DNA from: Trichinella spiralis
Lineage: Eukaryota
Direction: 5' to 3'
DNA length: 64,000 bases
NCBI RefSeq assembly: GCF_000181795.1
Contig: NW_003526948.1
Span: 3,340,014 to 3,404,013 of the forward strand
Below the pieces are notes generated by a model, which was given only the letters and a program-made list of their open reading frames with translations, was not told the DNA's origin and did no database searches. The position numbers and the translations under genes are program-made. The stretch's first letter is position 1. Each line of letters starts with the position of its first letter. Below are positions 37,241 through 49,704 of the stretch, in pieces.

Positions 37241-40110
37241 TCAGAACTGCTAAAACTGCGCTTCTGGTTTAGTTACTTCGACGTTCAGTCGTATTTCTTC
37301 GTTTTCAGTTTTTCAGTAATTTTTTTCTTGATCATTTTTTTATTGTCTACTTTCGCGGTTAATAGAGCGGAAGAACTGGCAAGCCGACTGGTTACGCATT
37401 CAGTATAGCCGTCTGTGTTTGCGCGCACGTTAAGCAGCCAGCTGATTTTTTCTTCCTCCGTGGCTTTTCAAAACAGCACACACACACACACACACAATAA
37501 TTGTAGGCTGAAAAAGCAAGCTGGAATTCATTTGCGCGAAATTCTTCTCTTTGCCAATTAAACTCTGCTTTTTTTTCTCTTCGTCAAATTTATTTGGTGA
37601 AATTTAAGACAGATGAATTCATAAAGAAAAAAAAAGCAAAATGTTGTTGTGGTTGTTGTTATTTGCCATTTACATGATGTTGTTTGTAAAGCAGGAAAAT
37701 TTGTAAATTTAGGTTTAATTTTTCTGTCCCCTCTGAAAAGAGCTTTTCAAATTTGAATACTGTAGAAAGAAAAGGGGAAATAGACTTTTAGAAACAACAA
37801 AACTACCTCCCTATCCGCTTAGTATTTGTGATTTGAGAGCACGTGAATCAGCAGTGCAGAAAGTGACGCGCGTTTGCTTCTTTTGTTGGCTTGTTTTTTT
37901 GCAGCTGACCGGCCGCACCCGTTTTTCCTCACACTGCACTCTGTCAAGTTGACTATGCCGCGGTGATGTTTGAAACATCGCATCATTAGCATCTGTTCCA
38001 AGAGGTCCTGAAAAATTGGCGAGAAGTGTCGATTGTTTTGATACCTGAATGTTTTTTTCTTACAGTATGATAAACATCATCTGATTTTCAAAATTTAAAC
38101 AAATCTCACAATTTGAAAAGAAATTGAAATGTATTTGTAAATTTTGATTCATATTTGTCCTATATTACAAATAAGGATAAGTCATAATTTGAAAAATAAA
38201 TTTTTTTCAATTTTTCACTACCAGTGAACTGTATCGGCTAAGGTTCTGCCATTGCAAGTGGTTAAAGTGAAATCGATATACAAATGTACAGCTCACGCAT
38301 AATCAACCACACCTTTGTCGAAAAAACATAAATGTAAATAAAAATACAAAATAAATCGACTTTTTTCCCAATGATCCCAGATGGAATGATGATGTTCTTG
38401 TTGAGCAGTAATTATTTAATGCATTCTATCAATCAATATATGTTGAACTACAAATCTGTCGTTGGACATTTATTTATTTGAAAAAAAGCGAATATGATGT
38501 TTTAAACAGAGAAATGACGTTACAGCTTGGATCGCTTTTGCATGCTGTACAAGGAAAAAAAACAACGTCCGACGCGAACATCGTTAAAATGCGTCGACTT
38601 TTTTTTGTCGATGCACACTAATCAATAATAAGCCTGCAATCAATTAATTATGTTCTATTTATCAAAACAAATCTAATGTTGAAGCGGTTATAATTTTTTC
38701 TATTCAAAATATGTTCCAACACGGTTCTTTCTCTGTTTGGTCGAATATTTTTTTCCATTTTCAGTTCCATTTTCAGTTCCATTTCAGTTCAAATCGACTA
38801 CTCTGATGTGCATATGTTGATGTTGTAGATGAAATTTCGTTTTCACCTTTATAAACTGCAACCAGTTGCACTCATTATGAGCAAAGTTCTTCTTATTTGA
38901 TTAGTTGTTCTCTTTTTCCTAGACTGATTATATTTTTTTTTGTGAAATTTTACAATGTAAATCAGTTGCAGTGTTGAAATTGATCTGATGTGAAAAACTA
39001 ATAATAGTCCAAACGCTATCCACGAGCACACAAGTAAAAATTAATTTGTTGATTTTTATTTTTTTAGTAATAATTTACAGTATTCAAATGAAAATACTGT
39101 TTAAAGTAATAAAATTACGCGCATCTATCGCACTATCCGTGATGGATATGATAATTTGGATGGAGATTGTGTTGTCACTGTGCATTTCATACAGCATTTC
39201 ATTTTTACAATCTTGATGATTTTTTGTTTTTTTTGAACAACTGAAAGTTTAATTTTTGAAATTATCGTATACTATTTTTGAAAATTTGTCATCTTTTATT
39301 TGTTTTTTGAAGTTTTAAAATAACAATACGAAGACATTGATTTATTCTTTAATTTTGTTCAATACGACAGCTGCAGCAAATTATTTCTGCAACTTTCAAT
39401 CAATAATGCTTCTTTGACAGCAGAAGGCGCACATTCTGGCTGGCACTAGCAAGTAATACGTTGAAATTTAAACTTGAAATTTGATCAACCAACTATTTAA
39501 TAAATATGAGGGTTGATTTTATACACTGATCAAACAATTATGAAGCATTTTAACAGTTTTCAAATTATTATTAATTGGAAAATAAGACTTCAATGTACAT
39601 TTGTACGTGACATTATTATCATTAGAGCATACTGTTGTTATATAAATGCATATTATGTATACATTTCAATTTTTCAATTTGTTCTGTAATAATTTTAAAT
39701 TATAGTGTAAATATACAATTTTTGAAGTTCATTTGTTTCTGTTTTTAAGAATTGCATGCTTTCTAATTAAATAAAATTGTCCGTTTCCAATGCCACGTTT
39801 TTTTACTTGTTAAAAATAATTGCAAAACTAGAATAATATGGTAACTGTATTTATTTCCTCACAAAGACAGCTAAATAAATGTCTGATGGACAAGAATTGC
39901 TTTGCAAAATTTGTCGTGTGAAGAATTCAAATTCAAATAAATTTCTAAATCAGTACTTCTTTCAATAATTTTCATCCACTTTAACATCACAATCATTCTC
40001 AGCAGTTTAACTTTTGAAAAATATCTGAACAAAACTACTATTTTTATTCACATTAAAGTGTACTTAGGCTTGCTTGTTCATTCATTCAAATTATTTCAGA
40101 GTAAAGGCCG

Positions 40111-42298
40111 ATGAGTAATTCTTCAACTCCAGTTACAACCCACCTGCCAAATTCCCCTTCAGAATGGCAACTTTATTTAGTGTTGCAACGGGCCAATTTG
40201 CTCCAGTACTACGATACTTTTATTAGTCAAGGTAAAGTTGATTTTATTGAAAATGAAAACATTTGAACCATTTCTTCAAAATTATTCATTCATATATATA
40301 TATATATATTGAATTTGCACTTAGTGTTTGAAAATTATTGTCATTTTCAAAGCATACCTTATATCTTTATTGCAAGTAATCTTCTTAATTCCAGGCGGCG
40401 ATGATGTGCAACAACTGTTAGAAGCTGGTGAAGAAGAGTTTCTAGAAATCATGGCACTTGTTGGCATGGCCAGCAAACCATTGCACGTTCGACGCCTTCA
40501 AAAATCTTTACAAGTAATTTTTCTAATCAATCGTCTTAGCATGTTCATATATGTTGTTTATACGTACCTACGCACACGCACATCTGTACATACCGTTTTT
40601 GTTATTTTGTTTTTTGATCAGGAATACGGTTCAAATCCTTCAACGTTCCAGTTGATTGCGATGCAAAAATCTGGGACTATGTTGACCACACCCACGTGCA
40701 CCGTTACACAACTGATGCAAAACGCCGCAGCAAATACACCCCCGGCTTTGCAAGGTAGCATATTAGCATCGACTGGCATTGCGGGTCAACAGATTGCGAC
40801 AGCACCTTGTTCAGCTGAATCGTCTGTGCTTTTAAATTCCCAAAGTAATGGTTCAACATCGATGTGGAATCCCAGCCTTTCGGACGGTGTGGATTTCGCT
40901 TACGTAAGCTTATTATTACGTGTTCAAGTTTTTGCTTGTTCGATTATAATCGTTCAACTTCCAGGATTCTTACAATTATTCCGGTGCTTCTCCTACCTTA
41001 ACTGATGGCCAAATTTGTCGACTATCCGACTGTGCTTCGCTGTTGGCCAAATCATTACCAGAATATGAACCAAAGATGATTCAAAATAAAAAGAAAATCG
41101 GTCGTGATCTACTTAACGTGATGGAAATGGCCGAAGATGCGCCTAATCGTCTGGACGAATTTCGAAAATACGCCGCCATTTATGGTCGTTTCGATGCCAA
41201 GCGAAAAGCGGACAAACCGTTGACTTTTCACGAAGTATGTACTGAAAAATATGTTTCTTCTCCGTCTATAAAAGCGCACTACTATTATTTATCATCATCT
41301 GTATGACAAGAATAAATTCACCGAACATTTATGCTAGGTTTCTGTGAATGAAGCTGCCGCTCAAATATGCTTGCACAGACCAGCTTTACTGACACGTCGT
41401 GATGAACTGTTCCCTTTGGCTAGACAAGTGGTCCGCGATGCTGGCTACAATTACATGAAAACGAATTCCACGTATGCAACAATTTTTGCTTTTCAACAGA
41501 TCATTAGACACAACAAACCAAATTTTCAGCCATCGTAGTGAAAGTGAACCAGAATTGATGACGATGGATATGAACAGGAAACGTTCCACACCAGCTGAAT
41601 CGTTGAGCAGCAGTGGAGACAAATCACCGGCTTCGTGTGCGTCGAATTTTAGCCAACTTTCGCCCGGTGCCCAGACGGAAAATCCTTGTTCAGAATTGAG
41701 AAGCGTATCGCCATTTCACTGGTAAGCATAAGTGACATGATTGTTATTCAAAAATTATCATATAAATGAGAAGAGAACAAACAACACTAATTGTTCAAAG
41801 CAGCAGTTCTGAAATGAAGAAACGTCGTCGAATGGATGAAATCAGTACAGAATTGTCGAACATTCTTCAAGAGCAGGAAACTCTGAAACTCCGAGTGAAC
41901 CAAGCCCAAGATCTGGATGAATTGCACGTTATACAGAAAGAGCTGCAAAAATTAACCCAGAAACAATTGGAACTAACCGACGAACAAGCAAGCTTGGCGA
42001 TGCTATTTTCCGTGGATAACATGTACGTGTTGCTGTTGTTCTGTTCTGTTCTGTTATGCGCACAACTAAAATTATATGCTAATTATACTTACTTACTGAG
42101 TTAATTGTTGCTTCAAGATTGATGACCAAAACGGATACTGCTGACCCTGAAGGGGAAACGTTGAACTCACAGATCAGTGCCGCGTCATTTGAAGAAGCAC
42201 CATCTTTAACAAACGACATTCAACCGGGCAACCATCGACTAATGTTCCCAACGTCGTCGAATGACGATAAAATCAACGAAATTGCCAGATCCGCCTAA
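40111..42298 (+). CDS. NAB: NGFI-A-binding protein (NAB1/2, mab-10 homologue), EGR co-regulator
   Basis: NCD1: [63 protein letters not shown]2: [15 protein letters not shown]...NEAAAQIC...[21 protein letters not shown]. Confidence 0.96.
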
Positions 42299-43395
42299 AA
42301 ATCAGCTTGTTGTGTTGTGTTATGTTGAAGCATTATTCTCATTTTACAGAACAAACAAAAAGAGCTTCACGAAAAAGATATTTTCTTTTTCTTCCACTTT
42401 TTAAATTTTGAAATTGCGCCAAGCGTGTTGTTTTTCTTTTTCTCTTCTTTCCTGTACAACTTCCATTGCATGGATAAATTTCTTCCTGAAGTATGTTTTA
42501 AAAAAAAAAAGAATATAAATCGATGTTGTACATTTTCAAGCAAACCAAGCTCAGCTTGTTTAAATTTTCCACTTTGTTCTTTCTTTCGCTAATTTTCACT
42601 CCATTCAATAATGAATGACAATGTCAATTTGGTTGACTCTAATTCCATTGTGGGAAATAATACATTGTGCTCGTCAAACGACAATAATACATTACCACGA
42701 AAGCTTTATGAAAAATGGTGCACTCTGCATCGTAGTGGATACGATTATTTATTATTGCATTCATATCCGATTGTTTGTTTTTTATTTGTTGATAGACGGC
42801 AAAACCAAGCCGCTTTTTCAAAATTCTCTCATCTCCACTGCTGTTCTGCATTCGTTCCGTCAACGAAGCGGACATTAAAAAAGCCACATTTGCTGTTTCA
42901 AACATTCACACTGCTTAGCATGTCTGATGCTGGTCTTCTTGTGTTTCGATTTCGAAAACATTTCTCTCTCTCTACATATCCGATCCAATGTCGAAAATAC
43001 AGACGCTGTTGTTTTCAATATTACAATGATCTTTCTTCTGTTGCGAGATTTGTCAGTCACAATTTTCAGTTTCATTTCCAGCATCCAAATTTTACCGAAA
43101 TTCTTGATTTTCTTTTTTTATCATAATTCTCCATTGCATAATGACGAAAAACTCAGTATATTTAAACAAAAATTTCAATGACAATGACTACACGATAAAT
43201 AAATTTTTCCATCCAAACACGCGGATACTGACTTCCTGATACACAAGTACAAATGTTGAAATTTCAGATGAATACATTCGTTTGTCGTTTCAAACGTGCA
43301 ACTTACCAACATCACAACCAAACAATATTTAATTTAACAAAAAAAATAAAATCATAAATAAAAACAAAAAACAAACAAACAAACAAACAAAATTT

Positions 43396-46300
43396 TTAGT
43401 TTGATTGCCGAATAAGTGTTAATAATTCCATTACGGAATGTTCGTTCAGATTATAATTCAGAAATGCACTTACTAATTTTTTCATTCTGAAAATAATACA
43501 ACGCTGTTTGAATGAAAAACAAAAACATGAATGCTCAAATGATAACAAATAGACGAAATAAGTGTTACCGTTTGAATTCTTCCTTGATCTCTTCGGCGGT
43601 TGATTCTGGTCGAAACAGTTGATATCCTCGTTTCTGGTTCTGGCATACCTGAAAAAAAAGCAACTGATAAATCCATTTTTAATCTTCATTCGTTTCCTAA
43701 AAACTCTTTAAAATAGTTCCCATATTTGCTCATAAAATTGTACTTGACGAATTCTATTGCAGACACGCTCTGGCAAGCCAGCTTTCGACGCTGCGCAAGC
43801 TGCATAGGATTCAGTGGCTTGACCTTCACATATACTATACAGAAAAAGTACATCTTCACCTTGACGCATCACTTTCATCGTCTACAGACACGAACAAATA
43901 TACAACATGAATAACAAAATTAAATCATAATAAATTAATCGAGCTTCACATTGTAACGAAGAAGAGTCGACTGTGGTAGAATATTGAACAACCGATGAAG
44001 GTGGGTACTGACAAATACATGCGGACATTTATCTCTTTCAAGCCAATATGTCAAACAAGCACCCAACAACGCTACACCGACATCCTAAAAATGTAAGCCA
44101 TAATTTTCAACACAACCAGTACAATACGTAAAGTAACATAATTACCGTTAAAGTGCCTTTGCCAAATTCATCGATGATAATCAACGACTTTTTTGTCGCA
44201 TATTTTGTTGCCATAGCCACTTGTTTGACATCGGCCGCAAAAGTTGACATGCCATCATTTATAGACCCAGTTGAATGCAGACGAGTGCAGATTCGATCGA
44301 CCAGTCCAATGCGTGCCGCTGATGCAGGCACAAAGCTTCCAATATGAGCCAAATATACCAACAGTCCTACCTGAAAAATATCTTGATATTGTTGTTGTTG
44401 AAATTTTCTATAATCATTGTGTTTGGTAAGAGAAAAGCAATCAGTTCACCTGTTTCAAATAAACACTTTTCCCACATGCATTCGGGCCAGTCAAAACGTG
44501 CATCTTTCCAAATTCAGTTTCGTCACTCTTCACAGAGTTGTTTACGAAAGGTGCTGTACAAAGTTCTTGAAGGGGATGTCGACTTCCGGTTATGTCAATA
44601 ACATTTTCCTCCACCAATTCTGGTCGTACCCAGTTGTATTCCCGAGCTGTCAGTGCCATTGAAATCAAACTACAGTTACAGTAATAATTTCAGGAACTTC
44701 ATTTTCATTTTCCATCTTTTGTATTCTTTTGTGTTTTACAACCATACAATCTTACCAATCAACGGTGGCTGCACATTCAACAGCATGTTGGATGACAGTA
44801 GCATGTTTGAGAACAAAATTTTGCAGTGAAATCATAATTGAACTTTCCAAATCCTTGATATCTAATTTCACGTCTCCGAGCTCTGCATCCAACTGTCGCA
44901 TGGTTTCATTTTTATAATGAACACGATCATTTGTAATGAACATGAACTCCAATCCTGGTTTTTCATAATCTCCATCTTTGCTACAACTACGGCTGCGAGG
45001 CACTGCAATCAAATATCCAATCTGAAACAACAATGACAATAATCAATAAATATGATCGCGTGTTGTTTGAAAATTAAAACAAAAAACATTGAAATTCAAA
45101 CACAAATAAATAAATATCCTTACCGTAGGAATGTAAACACAAGTACAAGCAGCAAGTGGAAAAGGCAAATTGTCAATTTCAGATTTGATTACTTCGGTCA
45201 ACAATTCCGGAAGTCGTTTCAGCAATTCTTTCTCTAAAATTTTGCATGCATACGAGCAAAATAAAAACAATTAAACAAACTTTCATCGAGCAGTCTGTCG
45301 ATTCCTGGTTTTACAGTAAACTGACGTTCTTCCACCATTGCTTTGAAATCTACCTGAAATTTACATAATTTAAAAAATTATCAACCTAAACAAAGCTTAC
45401 CAATTCATTTATTAATGAACTTATTTTCTGGAGCTTTTCTAACGAGATATCATACATCTAATGAACATGAAAAATGTTATTCAATAAACAGTGAATAAAA
45501 AAGATCTATAAGCAATCTTCGAAAATTACCTCTGACAGGATAACTTTTAAATTTTTTCGATTTTTCAAAAATTCTGCTACAAAAATGCAAGCATTTATAG
45601 TCTAAATTGAAAAGTAAGCTAAAAAGTGCAAAAGAAAATAAATTTCTAGTAACTGATTGTCAACCTTATATAAACTGATCCAATCACTTGGATTCACTTT
45701 AGCCGCCCTCAAACGATTGAAAATTGCCTAAAAAATAGGAAAATAAAACGTACACTTGTATACATGTATGTATATTAAAAATAGTACAGTCACAGATTTA
45801 ATCTGCTTCAGTGGTTTCTGAACAGCTTGAATGAAATGAAAATTTGAATCGCATGACAAAATCTCAATTGAATCGAGACGTTGTTTTAGCTTATTCAAAT
45901 TTCTTGTCGGCCTTAGAAACCATCGACTGAAAGAAAATTGTTATTTAATAAATTTTCATTTTAAATTAAAAAAAAGGTTCAATATTCACCGCAATTTCGC
46001 AGCACCGACAGAAGAACAACAACGATTGCAGACCGCTGAAAACTACAGTATGGAAAGGACTAATGATCAACGTTAAAATTATCAAGAATGTTTACAATAA
46101 AGACCAAATCCTTCCTTGAAACCATCACGCCCGGCTTTGTATACGGATGGATGAAATTGTTTTTTGAAAATTTGAAGAGATTCATAAGCATTGTCATCCA
46201 TCACGAGCATATCGTTTCTGCAATTATCGCTTAGTTGATTAAAAGCAAAAATAATAAATTACAGTAAAGAATGGAAAATTTTGGAAAAAGAAAACAATTA

Positions 46301-47206
46301 TTTTACACTTCAAATGATCGCAGACAAAACGCAACTGGTCGACCAAAATGATCAGTAGAAATACTTTCAATTTCACAGTAATTAATCAGCACTCCCAAAG
46401 CACGAATCTGAAAAATGAAATCACGAAAACGCTAATCACATGAACTAGAACAACAATGAAAAAATTTGCATACCATGCAGACAGATTCCATGTCAACAAA
46501 CAGAGTTGCGCGAATCTTATCTTCCACGCTGGCGTGACCAGAGCCGATGGAAGAAATGAACCGTTCAACGGTATTTTTGCAGCGAGATAATTCTGCAACA
46601 GAAGAGAAATTTAATGTAAAATGAATAAATAAATGTACGAACCAAGTGGACAAATTCACCGAATTCACTAGCGGCAACAATGATCAAATCGTTTTCATTT
46701 TCAGCTTCTTCCACTTCAGCATTTTGTTGGCATTTGTTGTTTTCTAAATTACAAATAAAATTAATATATTAATGAACGAATCAGTTATTAGCATACGAAA
46801 ATCGTCTATCAATTTGCAGAGACGTTCATCAGCTTTTGAACTCAATAAAATTGTAGTCGGACGCACTTGATTTAAAACTAGAACAACAAATCGATTTTCA
46901 TCATTTACATGAAAAATTTGCTGATTACCATCAATAAGCAAAGAAAATTCGTTCATGCTTTCAGCAACATCATTCAACGTAAAAATTTTCGAACTATCAG
47001 TATCATAATAAGCAGCTCCCAGTTTTTGATTTGATAAATAAATGCATAATACAATCTTTAATAAATTAAATTATACAATTTGGAAATGAAATTAAAATCA
47101 ATGCTTTATTTACTTGTCCGGAGTGGGATTCAATTTCATCTGAAAAACTGCTACTGTCAAAGCAAAAATCTTCAAGCGCTGTTGAATTTCTACTGAATGC
47201 GCTCAT
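43396..47206 (-). CDS. MSH5: MutS homologue 5 (meiotic crossover), many exons
   Basis: Walker A LTGPNACGKSVYLKQV; HIGSFVPA..RIGLVDRICTR; STFAADVKQV; IIDEFGKGT; PHVFVSTH; YIP..GYLIAVP. These are MSH5-type. Confidence 0.93.
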
Positions 47207-48106
47207 TTTAATGTAAACTGAAAACAAACAGTGCGCAAATATATTTTGCAAATAATTTCATATGCGACATTTCAAAAATTCAAAATATAAGCATTAATGG
47301 TATGTTGAAAAAGTTTTAAATGAAGTTTTTCAAATTACGGACCATAAATTCAGTATATAAATGATCGTCATAATGAAAGATTATTAAAAATTCTCTTCAG
47401 TCCAAAATTTCCATTCTGAACATAATTTCATAACTGCTTAAGAGGTTTTTTTGTACTGTTTACGTATTTATTGCTTGTATAATAAAATAAAAGAATAATA
47501 TACAAAAGTAAGGATTCATGACAGAACATTGTGTTATGGAATAAATTAATTCGCGAATACTGTAGAAATAATCACGAACAATTTTAATCAACTGTGCATA
47601 TTGTTATGCAAAATGCACAAACAAAAAATTAAAATTTGAATTAAACAAATATAATTGTTATTCTTGTTGATTAAATGTATTTTTTCCTACTATTTGTAAA
47701 ACTTGTTATAAATACAGTATATTTGTAAACTACACGTCGGAATAAAAGAATGATCATGTCAAAGAATGTTGTTTGCTGCAAATCACAAAGTTAGCTATTC
47801 AGTGAATAAAATAGCCAACGGATATCAGGTCATCTGCTTGTCGGGGAGTTAACCGCCGGGTTCACCATTCATCATAGAACCGATACAAGAGGAATTATCG
47901 CCAACTCACGTTACGATCATTTTGACATTCGTTTGATATCACAAAACAAAAGGAATATCTATTATCGTCTGTTATTTTATAACGTTTAAATGTATATGAT
48001 AAATAAGTCACAATAATTATAAAGTTTAGATTTCGAGTGAATTGAATTGAACTGAATTGAATCAAATTTTAAATAGTTAATAAATGATTCTTTCACAATA
48101 ATTCTA

Positions 48107-49178
48107 TCATCGTGGCATGTATGTGCAGCCGGTTACTGGAGGAGGACAACAAACCCATTTTTTGCCGTTCCATTTCACCGCTCGCATGTAAAGATAGGGC
48201 GTATTTTGAACCAAATGTATCCAGTCATTTGGATCTCGAGGTTCTCCTCCTTTGTACAGCGAAGTCAACGCATCCATGTAAGGAGCGTGGCTGACAAGCA
48301 GCGTGGAACATTTATTCGCAATTGAAAATCTGGCGAAATGTTCCACAACTGCTTGTGTCCGTCTCACAAATTCCACATACGATTCATCGATCGATAATTT
48401 TTCTCTGGGAAAAAAGGGTCTAAATATTTTCCAGTTATTCAGAAAAATTTTAATAAAGCAAACATCATTTCAGCTTAGTTTACACGTAATTTTCGTCCAC
48501 GCAGTATTGTTCTTTCAACGCAGTCAAGCTCAAGAATGGTGGCACACGGTTCAACTTCCCGAAAGCGAATTCAAACAAGCCATCTTCGATTTTCACTTTC
48601 AACTTATATTCCGGCAAAAGATCATACACCGATTCATAGCCTAAATTTGCATAAAGTTGTTCAAAAAATAAAGAACAAATCAACATCAACAGAAAAAATT
48701 TACCTCTCACCACTTCGTCTGCCGTTTCGACGCAGCGATGCGCAGGCGAGGCGAAAACATAATCCAAAGCCTCGTCTTCTCTAGCCATGGCACGTCCCAT
48801 CAAGAACGCCGCCGCCCTGCCCATATTCGACAACGGCGTATCCTCTACCCAATCTTCGATGCAGCTGATCAATTGTCCGTTGCCCCTAGTCGGTAGAAAA
48901 GATGGATGGTTCAGCTGGAGTGGAGTGTACGAACCGCTCTCAAAACACCTCCGAATATCGAATCTGCAAGAGTCGAGACGCTCGCCGTGGCGCATCATCA
49001 TCAACTTTGGAATCGCATCTGGACCAATCCGCCTGTTCGACATGTCCGGTTGTTTCATCGACCGACGCCTACGGCGCCTTTTCGACTTTCTCACAGCTAA
49101 ACCTTTGGTGGTGTTACAGTTGTTCAACGCAACTCTGAGAGTCTTCTTCGGATCCAAATCATCTTCTTCGGAACTCAT
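48107..49178 (-). CDS. Histidine phosphatase (PGM-like) of the Sts/UBASH3/ecdysteroid-phosphate-phosphatase type, stand-alone domain
   Basis: MMRHGERLD, DTPLSNMG, VFASPAHRCVETA, KIEDGLFE and LLVSHA catalytic motifs; 3 exons. Confidence 0.9.
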
Positions 49179-49704
49179 CTTCGAACAGCTAGCAGATAGA
49201 ATGCGATATCAAGAAGAAGAAGAAGAAGAAGAACAGCAGAAGAAATTTTCACCTTTTTTTTGAAAACTTGGTTCACCGTCGTCTCCAATGCCTGACTGGG
49301 CAACTATGAATTCACTTCGACATTTCATCGCTGAACATGCAGTGGACTTTAAAAACTTCAAAGTCCAATTTAAACAAAAGCTAATATGAGAAATGTTTAA
49401 ACGCTTCACAAATTATTATACTTGAATAGAAAAATGCGAGCCATTTTAAAATTTCCATCAACTGCTTTCATCTCTAATGACAGGGCAAATAATAATTTCA
49501 CTTATTAAAACTTTTTATTCATATTTCACAGAAATGAATGTAAAAAATATACGCACATTACACGTTGAACAATTCCATGCGCTTACCATTGTTCTGAACA
49601 AAAATGACAACTTTCTTTTTTCAATAGTAAAAGAGTGAAAAATTTGACTTAAAAACTATAAATAGAAAATGGTAAAAAAAAATTCAAATAAATTCGGCAG
49701 CATG

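Noticed and set aside
38755..38790. Triple CCATTT(T)CAGTT repeat giving three TTTCAG acceptors
   Set aside because: Simple slippage repeat with no evidence of an associated exon.
42611..43181. 171-aa ORF between NAB and MSH5
   Set aside because: It lies in convergent 3' UTR space and has no recognisable protein features.
48787..49263. 158-aa + strand ORF
   Set aside because: Antisense shadow of the phosphatase exon.
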